Positions 50,601-62,419 of a DNA stretch of 64,000 nucleotides are shown in pieces. The position numbers were made by a program, and so were the translations under genes. Positions within the stretch are counted from its first letter, which is position 1. Each line of letters begins with the position of its first letter. A model generated the notes under the pieces. That model ran no database searches and was not told the DNA's origin. It saw nothing but the letters and a program-made list of their open reading frames with translations. Origin of the DNA: Carcharhinus longimanus (lineage: Eukaryota); NCBI GenBank assembly GCA_030264375.1, contig JASCQW010000148.1, positions 14,742,809 to 14,806,808 on the forward strand. Direction: 5' to 3'.

Positions 50601-51319
50601 AACGTCTATTGTGAAGATGAAACAATCAATTTTCCAGAAGAGGGAAGATTGAGCATTGTGATTTTTAATGTTGTTGAATTGAAAATGTAAGCATTTTTAT
50701 TCATTAACATTGAGGCAATTTACAAAACCTTCTCTGAGGATGTGTGTTTTGGGACATTTCAGTCCAACTGCTTGATGTATTCAAAAGCCTTACTGTTCAT
50801 ACAGAGAATGTTAACCTAATTTTTACAGTAATCTTATTGGAACTGATGAATCTTCCTTGCCATATTTATAGTTCTCACTCTCTTTGACTGCTGATCTTTT
50901 ATGTTCAAGAACCTTTGGGAAATCAGATGTGGAATGTATTCTGTTAAAGTTTCTATAAGCTATTTCTATAGATATTGCTGAAGATGAATAATAAATTTAC
51001 ATTTTTATGCTTGCATTCTTCCATTCTCATCCATGCATCCTAGGAAAGCTATAATCCTATATATCCAATATTCCAACTTGTCCACAAATTATCCTTAACT
51101 TATTCCAGTTGAGAATGTTACATTTGAAAATTTGCACATTTTTATGAACTTGTGAACTCTACAATATTAGTAAGAGGGCTTCGATCCTATTTCCTTGTAT
51201 ATGTTTAATGTACATTGGCTGGCACTAGGTGATTGCATTGGATATCAATATGCTTTATTTAATCACCACCTATGCAGGAACAGCAGCAATGTGCATATAT
51301 GGAGCACAATTATTGTAAT

Positions 51320-51735
51320 AAAATATCCCAATGCACATAATTGGACAGAAATTGACACAAGTCTAAAGGCAATATTAAGATGGATGATTAAAAACCTGGT
51401 AAGAGGTTTATGAGGCATCATAAAAAGAGAAAAGCTTCAAGATGTAATTCAATATCTTAAGAACTTTGACACCTGAAGAGATAATGACTTCAACAAAAGT
51501 AACTGGCGTGCACAAGGGAGTGTCCGGAAGCCAGCATAGGTCAGCAAGCACATGGCCATAGATGAGCAGGACTTGATTTAAATTAGGATGCAAGAAAGAG
51601 GGTTTTGGAGGATGGAAAATGGGAGGTTACCCAGAAGAGTATTGTGATAGCTGTCTGGAAGTAATAAAAGCATAAATGAGGATTTCAACAGCAAGTGGGC
51701 TGAGGCAGAGGTGGATGCTATGTATTGAAGATATG
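51320..51735 (-). mobile_element. L2 LINE 3' fragment
   Basis: ggatggaaaatgggagg…gatagctgtctggaagtaataaaagcataaatgaggatttcaacagc is the reverse complement of the L2 LIHAFITSRLDY region. Confidence 0.7.
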
Positions 51736-52203
51736 TATATGATAATGACATATTAATAGTGTCAAGAACGTTTTTCCCCTTCATCCTTAATTTTCCTGAT
51801 GTAAATTCCTTTGCTAACATTCCTGTAGAACAGTCTGTTTTGTTACCAATTTTGCAGAGTTGAACAAGTGCAACACTCTTGAAATTGTTGTTCCTTTTGG
51901 AGAAGTTTTGTTGCTTTTCCTTCCTGTCTGGATGTGAATAGGCAGTCACAATGTAGGGAACTGTATATGTACAGCTGCATCCTCCCTCTCCCAGATGCAA
52001 TTTGTTCAAAAAGCTGTTATATTCATAAAGTACATATGGTCTCTATGGACAAGATGACTTTGTCTTCTCGGATGTACTCACAGGATGCAACTTTGAATCA
52101 TAGTTTGTGAAAATAAAGCCTCTGGGTCAATTTTGAAAGAAAAATAAAATTGATAGGCTTTTTTTAAACTTAGCAGCAGAAATTCCTGTTGTGAAAGCAC
52201 AAA

Positions 52204-52249
52204 TTGTAAAATCCAATAATGTTGTAAAATCCAATAATGTTGTAAAATC
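52204..52249. repeat. 18-bp tandem repeat, about 2.5 copies
   Basis: ttgtaaaatccaataatg twice, then ttgtaaaatc. Confidence 0.95.
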
Positions 52250-53589
52250 AGTTGCCTCAAGAAGAGGTGTCTAAATTGATTCACATTCAAATAAAAACGC
52301 ACCATTAATTTGGCCTTGAAATCCGTGCAAAAGAATTTTAGTGCAAGATTGAAAGCCAAGGATACATGATTAGATCTGTTGGTGTTTTTTTTCAAGAAGA
52401 TTCTTATTCTTCAGACTGTTTAAATGGTTTTCTTCCAGAGAGGTGTAGAGTGTTGTGGGTGTGAGGAAGATTAAGGTCAGACTGGCCTTGTGCCTGCTAG
52501 TAGCTGAACAAATGTTGGAACTTGCAATGCCTTGGACTGCTTGCCTGACTACAGAAAAGCCAATTGAAACAAAGTGCCTGTTAAGCTGTCAACCAAACCG
52601 TTCGCTTCTGCTGTTTGGTTCACTGCTATCCATGTAGAGAAGGTTGAGCTCAAGGTTGCCAAGGAACTATTACTTTTACATATAGGCAGGTACAAACTGC
52701 TGCAAGCTATGGCATATTACTCTTTGTGCTTTGTTTTGGATTGTGAATATTTGATCCACAGGCAAAGGCAGCCTATTGCTTTTGTTTCTATAAGTATGCT
52801 GCATCTTCCAACTTAATATTTTTTAATAGCAGTATCAGACATCAAATAGCTTTGCTGCAGCCTGTAAGCGGATTTGAAACATCTCTGTATTTCCTGTGAT
52901 TACATGGGCGTATACAGCTGTTATTAGTTATGAAATTTTAGAACAGGATATTGTAAGTGTTCTCTGTGGAGTTGAAAAAGGGCATGATCAACTACAGTAC
53001 TGCACATAAATGTGACATTTCATTTCTGAAAATTGGTTAGTAAAAGCTGGCTGTTGATTCAACTGTTCTTTGGTTTAGAGTAATAATACCTTAAAGATTG
53101 CTGAGCAGAAGTTCAAACTTGACCTTTAATGAACAAAAAAATACTTTGCACTTGTCTGTTCAGTTGATTCTTCTGCATGCAGTTCTATTCTGTTAGTTCG
53201 TTATGAGGCAGATGGAACAGGAAGCAACAACAATTATTTGGTGCCAAATGACACACTGTGCATATATTAAATATAAAATCATACGTAATCCTTAGGAAAA
53301 GAATAACAAAAGGAACAATAACTGTGAAGATGTTCTCCATGTTGATGAACATTTGAAGGATAACACTGGAAAGTATTTTTCCAAACAGGAAACAGTATTT
53401 AGTCAAGTGTTGGCTGGAATGTAATAGCTTTATTTGGGTGGTAGCCTATTTGTTGACACACTGGTAATGCATATAACAAAAGGTCAAGATCAGTGTAAAT
53501 AAAACAACTGCAGAGGTAATGATAGCTTTTGAAAATGAAGGAGCTGATTAGCTTGTTTGAAGAGCAGACATTTTTGAGTTAAATATCTT

Positions 53590-53858
53590 TTTTTATTTGT
53601 TCATTGGATGTGGGCATTGTTGGCTGGATCAGTATTTAGTGGCCATCCCTAATTACCCTTCAATTGAGTGGCTTGGTCGGCCATTTCAGAAGGCATTTAA
53701 GAGTCAGCCACATTGCTGTTGGTCTGGAGTCACATGTAGGCCAAACCAGGTAAGGATGGCTAGTTTCCTTCCCTAAAGGACATTAGTGAATCAGATGAGT
53801 TTTTATGACAATTGACAGTGATTTCATGGTCATTAAACATTTGATTCCAAATTGAATC
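53590..53858 (-). mobile_element. Bipartite SINE of the 8789 family (head missing)
   Basis: The reverse complement joins the LINE 5' segment (…caagccactcaattg) directly to the LINE 3' end (aagggtaattagggatggcc…cccacatccaatgaac). Confidence 0.85.
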
Positions 53859-55689
53859 TTCTACTGCATATTATAAAAATGGCACTCCATTCTGTGTAAT
53901 CTTGATGTATGTTTTTCATGCAATTCTTTTAATGTTAGATCAGTAGTACAATTAGTGCTAAGATTGTAGCAATTTGTTTTGGCAAGTTTGCTATTACTGC
54001 CAATTAAAAACATTACAACCAGCATAAAGGAACCTGCCCACCAGTTAATTTAGTGGGTAGCTTGGTATTAATTCACATGAGTATTTTTGTGGGTGGAAAT
54101 TAAAGCACCACTCTTCATTCCTGGAAGAATTGAGCTTCACTATAATGGTAGCCTGTCCATTAGAAGAATTAATGTATATAGTAGGCTGTGCAATTAATTA
54201 AATTAATCTATGGGTAAGAAAACGTATAATCACAGTGTGCTTGTCTTTGTGTCAACAATTTGAGGAAAAAAGCAGTTATAATATAGTGAATTCAAGAAGG
54301 ATTATCCTAGCTAGGAATGTAATTAGTGAAATGGTCTGTATTGAGCCATTGATTGAGTTGTTACAGGTTGATTTTCATTGTATTAACATATCATGATTCA
54401 CAAGTTATGATGTAATACTGTGTGTTCCACCTTGCAACAGATGCAATAACTTGCAGTATCTAATATATGCACTGAAAGTGATTTAAAAGATCAGACTTTA
54501 ATTAAAATAGAATGGTCTTTAGTAAATGTTATTGGGTGTCTGTTAAAATGGAAGTGGAACACCACTGTGTAAATACAGTAACGTGTGCAGTAATGCTGAG
54601 ATGGAATGCAATGTCATAATATTCTCACGCCCACTTGCTTAGCATGAGCAGTTTCCTCTCTTCTAGAAATTGATTTTTTTTCTTTATTAGAAGTTTCACT
54701 GTGCGTTTTTCAATTTTTTTGTACTAATTACTATCAATTAAACAGTGGTATTGTGGAAGTACCTAAAATATAGTGGTACGGCAAGTGGGATTGTCACTGG
54801 AATTAGTAATCCAAAGACCCTTGAGATTGGCTAAAACAATTGGAAAGCTTTTTCCATTTTTTCTTTTGAGGAAATTTTTTCTTTTGAGGCTCCTTACTAA
54901 CCAGTGGTCTCACAGGGATGATGTTCACCACATTCTGGTACATATCAGTGACTTTGGAATGGCCGAGAATTGCCAAACACACTTCTGGGCCTTAAAGCCC
55001 AATTTTTTTTTTCAAAAATAATATACAATAGAAAGAATAGTTTGCGCCATAAATTCCAGGAATAGCAAAGTGAAGGCCACAGGAGATGAGACCTTGACCC
55101 CCACAAATGGTCCAAGAGGGAAGTTTATGATGCACGACCTGTGCTTGGTGTAAAGAAGTGAATGGATATTCATGTCCTGTCTTGTTCATGAAGGTCATGA
55201 GACCGGAAATGAGGACAAGGAGAAAGTTTATGGGAACCTGAAGACTTTACTTTTGAGACTAATGTTACCGAGGCCCAAAGGGTTGGGCCAGGTCAGACAG
55301 TGAGCAGTACTTCTCCAGGGTTGTGCAAGAAGGGTATCATACGTAGTTTAGAATGTTGTTAGACCTGTTGTGTTGCTATTATGTATTGCGCTTTTACTAT
55401 GAAAACATCATGTTCAAATGATGACCTTTATGGATAAATGTCTCTGGACACGCAAGCAAGAACGAACCTGATCTGGCTCCATTCTTAGTGGTGTGACATT
55501 CTGCTTGGCTCAAACTGTGGTAAAAGCCATATCAATTGTCAAGATCAACCCCCTGTTTCTGCCACAAGTCCTTCTGCCTCTGGACCATCTGGTGGAAGGT
55601 GTTCACATTCCATTCTTGAATGTGTGGCATTCATTGATAAGCAACATAAAGACTCAGACAAGGTGCTCACAGGAGTGCTCCAGAATTGT

Positions 55690-55820
55690 CCCTCAGGATC
55701 CAGGATGATTTGTTTCCAATCCATTTTGATGGGTTCTTAAATGGCTGCGTGATCTGCAGACTCTGCCACATGCAGGGTGTGAAGAGTTAGATGGGTGGAT
55801 TGTTTAGAGATTTGTGCTGG
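55690..55820 (-). mobile_element. RTE LINE 3' terminus
   Basis: Minus strand HPACGRVCRSR/SHLRTH, a C-terminal zinc-finger remnant. Confidence 0.65.
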
Positions 55821-56248
55821 TGAAAAGTAGAACCCCCTTAAAGAGGATTTTTGTTTTAAAAGCGTATTTTACAGCTGTCTTGCTTAGTACATGTCAAGAA
55901 ACTTCAGATGCTTTCCACATCCTGATATATACTTTGATATTGTATCAAATCTAACAGATTTTCAAACTTAATTAGCTGAGGCAATTAATTAATAGAATGA
56001 AAGATTTGTTGAATATTGAGTGCCAAAAGCTTGGCCAGCAGATAGGGAAGATATTTTTGTGCTGCCCAATAATCTAAGACAGAGACTATTTTATTTCCCT
56101 AAGTTGGACAGAGTTGGGCTTGCAGGGGAAGAACATGTCCAAGTCTAAAGTGGATGCAGAAATTTTTTTTCCCAAATTATATCAACACCAGCCAATGACA
56201 GTAATGAACATTTAACACATCTCAAATAATAAACTTTACCTCGTTCTT

Positions 56249-56754
56249 CAGGGGTTCTCAAATCATGGGCTGTGACCCCTAATGGGGCTGCAAAAGTCAC
56301 CTCTGGGATTGTGAGCAGTCCATCCTCTGAGGCAACAATGCAGACTGTGGAGAGGAATCTGCCTAGTCTGGGAACTCTGGTGGGACAGCACTGGGCCAAT
56401 GCTATCAAATAGCAAGGAGCGAACAGTGAATCCAGCACTCTTGAATAAACTATTTTTAATGGCAAATTCAAGTAAGGCCCAGGGAATTGAGGGAGAGAGG
56501 CTTACCCAGTCTTTTCAGAATATGAAGAGCTTGGCTGAAACCTGCATGAGTAACAAAATAATATTTTTACCAACTACTTAAAAACTCAGATTTTCATATT
56601 TATATAATGCATTCGATGTTGATCTACAATGCATGAACTTTAATAATTATATACTCAATGTTACTATGCCTTTTTTTTGTTTGTGCTTGTGTCTGGGGGA
56701 GATCACATGCATTTTCATTTGAGGTCATATTAGAAAATAGTTTGGGAAGCACTG
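56249..56754. mobile_element. hAT-Charlie-type non-autonomous DNA transposon
   Basis: Termini caggggttctcaaat … agtttgggaagcactg (reverse complement cagtgcttcccaaact). No 8-bp TSD is preserved. Confidence 0.6.
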
Positions 56755-57738
56755 TGACATGCAGTAAATTACTTCTGGTTATATGCCTGCTGGTTTGTGT
56801 AGATCAGACTTCAAAATATTAACTGAACTGTACAGAATTTTTGATGAGAACAGACATATAAAAGGAAGTGTTGCTTGGGTATGATACCAAAGATTCTCAT
56901 ATTTTATACAAGAGTATATTCAACAAAACTGTCATCCCAGTGTGATGTCACCATCCAAGGAAACCTGGACGAGATATCGGGTAGTAATGATTCTTTTTCC
57001 TGTGTTCTTTTTGGGCATGGGTTCCCTGCTGGAATCATTGAATTCACCCGTAAATATACTCTTGCAACAACTCTTTTATTGGTACAATGCCCCAATTGTG
57101 GAATGAGACGATATTGGAGTTATCTGTTGAGTGTTATGTATAACATGCCTAATTAGGATCAACCACTACTTGTTCTATTGTTTTCAATTATAATTACATC
57201 CTGTAAATCGTCATATTCAATGTTAAAACATTGTTGGATACTTCACTAGAAGTGGCCCTTGAAACTTGAAAACTTGTGCAGTGATTGTCCAAGCTCTTTT
57301 GTGGGAGATCATTACAGCTGAACTCGTTCCTGTCCTTCCCTTGCATCCACTCACTGCAATCACCAGGAACGAGGAACCCTGGCTGACCTAATTTTCTTTC
57401 CTTAACCAAGTGATGTGGAGACCATCTGTTGGTTAACTTGATCCTTGTTGACCAGCCTGCTGGTACTGAGCACCTTGAACCAGGGGACCTGTATTGAGCA
57501 TAAGTTGTCTCCAGCTGAGGAGCACAAAAATATCAGGAAAAAAAAACTGCATCCCTTTGCAACCAAGAAATCTCTGTATTAATCATAAATGAGATGATTT
57601 TATGTACATCCATAATCAGTGTCATTGTACAGAAACAGTTTGGTAGATTTAAACCTTGTCTGTGTATTTGCTTCAGAACAGCTTTTCAGAAGAGAGTGAC
57701 TGCTTTCTAACCCTTCCTTTCTTTGCTTTCTCTTGCAG

Positions 57739-57892
57739 ATCACGTCTAATGCCGAGGTTGAAAGAATCACGTTCGCACGAATCTTTGCTCAGTCCTAGTA
57801 GTGCTGTGGAGGCACTGGATCTCAGTATGGAGGAAGAAGTCATGATTAAATCTGTTCACAGTAGTATTCTGGGACAAGACTATTGTTTTGAG
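57739..57892 (+). CDS. DAB2IP: Internal coding exon of Disabled homolog 2-interacting protein (RasGAP), start of the PH-domain region
   Basis: Acceptor tttctcttgcag|A and donor GAG|gtaagc; 154 bp, phase 2 to 0. Encodes (R)[51 protein letters not shown]. This is almost identical to remembered human DAB2IP ([51 protein letters not shown]) and clearly closer to it than to RASAL2 or SYNGAP1. Confidence 0.95.
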
Positions 57893-58019
57893 GTAAGCAG
57901 GGATGCATCAGTAAGCAGTATTTTCACCTATTGGTTGTGAGGTGATTTTTAGGATGTACAGAGAAATAACTTTCAACAAAATGCAGAATCTTCAACATTA
58001 AAACAAAATTGAGGTATTT

Positions 58020-58340
58020 TAGTGAAAATGAAAAGGAGCAGATGCTGGGCCACCTTGGAATTGTTAGGAGAGTTGATTGAAAGGTGAGTCTTAAGGAGGC
58101 TTTTAAAGCTGGAGATAAAAAGCGATTTGGAATGCTTTAAGTAGGATGAAACTATGGTGGCTGGAAGTTCTGCCACAAAGATTGGGGCAAAGTGAGAGGT
58201 ATTGCAAGTGCTAGGGAGGATGCATGGAAGACCAAAGTCAGGATCTTGAAGGAGTGAAGAGTGTGTGAGGGTATAAGGCATGTTGCAAATGTAGGGTGGA
58301 TTAATCTGTGGATGGATTTAAAGATGAGGACAAGGATTTT
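58020..58340 (-). mobile_element. L2 LINE 3' fragment
   Basis: aggtgagtcttaaggaggcttttaaag (minus strand FKSLLKTHL) and ggatttaaagatgaggacaaggattt (KILVLIFKS). Confidence 0.7.
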
Positions 58341-58538
58341 GCCTATTAGTCACACAATGTCAGTGTAATATTTCACTCAATGCAGCAGGCCTCATGTTTG
58401 GGGTAGAGATGGCTAATTTGCAGTCATCCTTTCACAAATTGTGCTAAATAGAGGATGTCTTATCACTGATGACAAGTTATAGTTATTCCATTAACTTTAA
58501 AGACTCAACTCCAATTAAGACCTTTCATGTGAATGAAA

Positions 58539-58888
58539 GGTGAGGCTGCAGTATAATGATATTGTCATTGGTCTAGTAATCCAGATACCCAGGGTAATGA
58601 TCTGGGGACCTGGGTTTGAATCCCACCGTGGCTGATGGTGAAATTTGAATACAATAAAAATCTGAAATTAAAAGCCTTAAGATAATCATGAAACGATTGT
58701 CGTAACAATGTATTCGGTTCATTAATGCCCATCAGGGAAGGAAATCTGTTGCCGTTACCAGGTCAGGCCTACATGTGACTCCAGATCCACAGCAATGTGG
58801 TTGACTCTTAAATGCCCTCAGGGCTGGCCCATGAATGCTGGTCCAGCCAGCGACACCCACATCCCATGAATCAATAAAGAGAAAAAAA
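58539..58888 (+). mobile_element. Full-length tRNA-headed bipartite SINE (8789 family)
   Basis: B box ggtttgaatccc, body as at 8800-9050, 3' end gctggtccagccagcgacacccacatcccatgaatcaataaa plus an A-rich tail. Confidence 0.9.
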
Positions 58889-59289
58889 GGAGAGTGCTGC
58901 AGTTGCTGAGGAATGTTGCTTAACCAGTGAACAGGGATCTCCTTGTGCAATCTTCAGGATTCATTATGGAACACCATACACAGCTGCAAAGCCATCAGGT
59001 GTCATTTTGCACCACTGACTTCTCATTTTTGAGCTCCACACATGTGAGCTAATAATCCTGACATCAGGTTTTATTCAAAAGGACATTATCATGGGAGACT
59101 GATTTCTAATTACTACTCACTCCTTAATCTCTATTTCTGTAAGTTTTTATTGCAGCTGCGAATAGATTTGTTAAATATTCATGCTTATAAAAGGTAAATT
59201 GTTTCTAGCTGTCTTTTTCAAATACTTAAAACCCGTGAATGCTGAGAATAGAACGCCCTTTGCAGCTTCACAAACTGGACAGAATTTAA

Positions 59290-60900
59290 TGGTTAAATAT
59301 TACACCAAGGTTGTGAATAGTCTGACTCAGTCTCAGACAATTGCCAGCAAAGAGGGATGAACTCAGTTTCTAGGAAACATTTGTGGCAGGGACCAAAGAC
59401 AGTGGCTTCAGTCTTAAAATTTAGTTGGAGGACATTTTTGCTCATCTGGTGCCAAGTGTCAGACGAGAGTCTGGCAACTTGAGACAATGGAGGGGTCGTG
59501 GAGAGGTGATGGTGAGTTGGAGTTGGGTGTCATCAGTAGAAGTTGACACTGTGTTTTCAGATTATGTTGATGGGCAGTATTTAGGTAAATTTAGGAAATT
59601 TGCATGTCAGCTACGACTCTCACGAACTTTTACAGGTGCACCATAGAAAGCAATCTTTCTGGCTGTATCACAGCTTGCTTTGGTTCCTGCTCTGCCCAAG
59701 GTTACAAGAAACTACAAAATTGTGAATGTAGCCCAATCCATCACGCAAACCAGCCTCCCATCCATTGACTCTGTCTACACTTCCTGCTGCCTCGGCAAAG
59801 CAGCCTGCATAATGAAGCACCCACGCTTCCCGACCATTGCCTCTTCGATCTTCTCCTGACTCGAAAAAGATACAAACCTCTGAGGTCATGTACCAACCAA
59901 CTCAAGAACAGCTTCTTCCTGCTGCCATCAGACTTTGAATAGACCTACCTTGCATTAAGTTGATCTTTTTCTACACCCTAGGTATGACCATAACATTACA
60001 TTCTTGCACTCTCCCATTTCCTTTGCTCTGAATGGCATGCTCTGTCTGTATAGCGCTCCAGAAACAATTTTCACTGTATGCTAATACCTGTGACAATAAT
60101 AAATCAAATCAAATAGATAAATAAAAGGGAAAATGCTTGGGGACATCAGAGATAATGATGTACTTTTTTCTGGGATGTGGTCTTGTAACCGTCTGATATC
60201 TCAGCCACCCATCTCAAACTTCATGATCTTGCCACTTAATCAGGCAGCCTGAAATTGTGTTACATGTGTAGAAAGATGATTAAAGAGGACTTTAGTCTTG
60301 AGGGAATTAGAAGATAATAAATGGTACTAAAGACAGAATCAATATACTAAATAGGATAGGTGTCATTAGGAAAGGATCAGGTAAATGGGAGCTGGAAAAG
60401 AAGTAATTGCAGATGATTCTCTGGCCACTATTGAAATAGTTAAGCATGGAACCAGCCAAATGCAGTCCAATGAAGTGGAGGACAGCATGGTGAACAATGT
60501 CAAAGGCTGTAGACAGATCAAGTAGAATGAGAAGGGATAGTTTACCTTTGATACAATCACATTGGATGCCATTTTTGACTTTGGTAAGAGCCATCTGGTA
60601 CTCTGGCAGGACAGGAATCTGATCAGAAGGATTCAAGCATGGAATTCTAAAAAAGATGGGCACAGATTTGGGAGGCAACATATACGAGGAGAGGAAAGAC
60701 TGATTGGAAATGGGGTGATGGTTTGCAAGGATGGAGGGGTCAAGTGTTTTTCCTTAAGGCGGGGACGATGATAGCACAGTTGAAGGCGCCGACAGGACCT
60801 GAGGAGAGGAAACCTTCAATAATATCAGCCAACATGGGAGCTAGGTAGACCATACAGCGTGAAGGGCAATAGAAGATTAACTGAAGGGAGTTAGGAAAGA
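59290..60900 (-). mobile_element. L2 LINE RT region, interrupted by Rex1
   Basis: ORF 60307..60681(-) ALTKVKNGI…KGKLSLLILLDLSTAFDIVHH, ORF 59293..59487(-) LQLNFKTEATVFGP, and a decayed ADDTQL at about 59520-59540. Confidence 0.85.
59591..60113 (+). mobile_element. Rex1/Babar-clade LINE 3' end with (CAAAT)n tail
   Basis: TLTNFYRCTIESNLSGCITACFGSCSAQ…LPSIDSVYTSCCLGKAA…TNQLKNSFF, tail aataaatcaaatcaaa, and TSD-like taggtaaat/tagataaat. Confidence 0.85.
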
Positions 60901-62135
60901 AACTTGAGAAAGATACATGTTCAGGGCTAGGGCAGTTGAAAATCTTATAGGAAGTTTGGCCTGGTGGGCCCAGGAAAGGATGGTAGTGACAATGAGCTCT
61001 GTACACTTATTGGAGTTAAGGATGGAGGAGATGGGTTTCAGAAGAGCCCTATCCATTTCAGGATCAATAGGAAAGTGAGAGATGAGGCTCAGTGCCTCGT
61101 GCTATTAGTTAGAAAATTCTGTCCTAACTCTTGAATATGCAAATAAAAAAGTGTCTCATTAAAATGCTTCTTTTTCTTGATCTTTATTTCTCATTAGTAC
61201 CAAGCTGTAATTCTCAACTGATGCATTAAGTATGTGTCTTTTCTTCTTTTTGAGAGACTTTCTATTTCCTGGGAATGTGTAGTCCTGCCTCTGCGTTTCT
61301 CCACAACTGGCAACAATCCTAATCCTCTAAAGCTATCTTGTGGCACAGTTAGAATGTGTTTTGTTTTACTGTATTCTTAAAGCTACAAAGCCAATGTGCA
61401 GAGCGGATCGGGCGGACTCGAATTTCATCTCCTTGCTTTCTCCGAAAATCAGTTCAAATTTCACTCGCGCACACATTTACATGATTTGATAAGATCTGAA
61501 GTTCCACCCAGCAGCAGGCTAATGGTCAGAAGCTTATTAGGAAATACCACTTACAGCATGGATTTGAGAGTCAGTACACCAAAGATCACTTGTATAACCC
61601 CGTGACTCAGAAGTTAGTCATGAATAATTTGGGGACTGGGCCACAATTGTGTCCTTAGTTCATTGCAAAAAAATTAAACTATGGAAATTTAGATAACATA
61701 TATCTTGTCTATGTATATATTTATATATAAAATATGGAGAAATAATGATCTTTTCCATGTAAGTAGACAGCTAATGAAAAAGAGATTCAACGCTTAACAT
61801 CTTCCAGAGTTCATGTTAATATAGTAAGCCAATTTAACTTGAATATTAAATTCTATTGAAATAAGCGTTTAACAGTTACATGTCTCATGCATACTATATT
61901 ACCTTACAAACAACCTACACTTGACTATAACCCATAATTCTACAGTGATTTGTTAATTTATGTAAATATTTAATGCGCCTTCTCACGTCCATTGCAATTT
62001 GCCTCAGACTGGTATCAACTGCCTACTAACCTATTCAAAGAATCATTTTCACTCATGCACCCCTCCATGTATAAATATAGTATTTATAGATATGATTACA
62101 GTCTCTTACCACAGACTTAACATAAATGAAGGAGA

Positions 62136-62329
62136 ATTTTGGCCCATTTACCTAACCTGTCTATATCCATTTGTAAATTTCCTATTTCGTCATTGCAACT
62201 TACTATCCCACCTATTTTAATGTAATCTACAAATTTGGCTATAATACCTTCTATCCCTGCATTCAAGTCATTAATATAGGCACCCCACTAGTTATATCTT
62301 GCCAACCAGAAAAAGACCCAATTATTCTA
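62136..62329 (-). repeat. 194-bp direct duplicate of 63227-63420 (CR1 RT segment)
   Basis: Manual alignment shows 5 substitutions, no indels and an offset of 1091 bp. Confidence 0.95.
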
Positions 62330-62419
62330 TTTGTTGTTCTTTCACTTAAAAAGTCAAGAGAGATAATTTACACCAGATCTGGAACATTTTCTTGGAGATT
62401 CTATTTTTGCATGATCAAT

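Larger units (their letters stand above)
1..57738 (+). other. DAB2IP: Probable large intron of DAB2IP upstream of the 154-bp exon (may contain alternative first exons)
   Basis: Ends in a strong polypyrimidine tract plus CAG (…cttcctttctttgctttctcttgcag). The exon expected upstream in DAB2IP orthologues ([22 protein letters not shown]-like) was not seen in the window. The region is repeat-rich and non-coding. Confidence 0.75.

Noticed and set aside
52440-52958. Unique region with an 8-bp inverted repeat (aaccaaac/gtttggtt) and a donor ATT|GTAAGT as an exon or pre-miRNA
   Set aside because: The stem is too short for a miRNA hairpin and there is no open frame into the donor in the required phase. 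Nothing else supports it.
57656-57940. 94-aa ORF as a stand-alone gene
   Set aside because: Only 57739-57892 matches DAB2IP. The flanking residues are translated intron, including the polypyrimidine tract and the donor.
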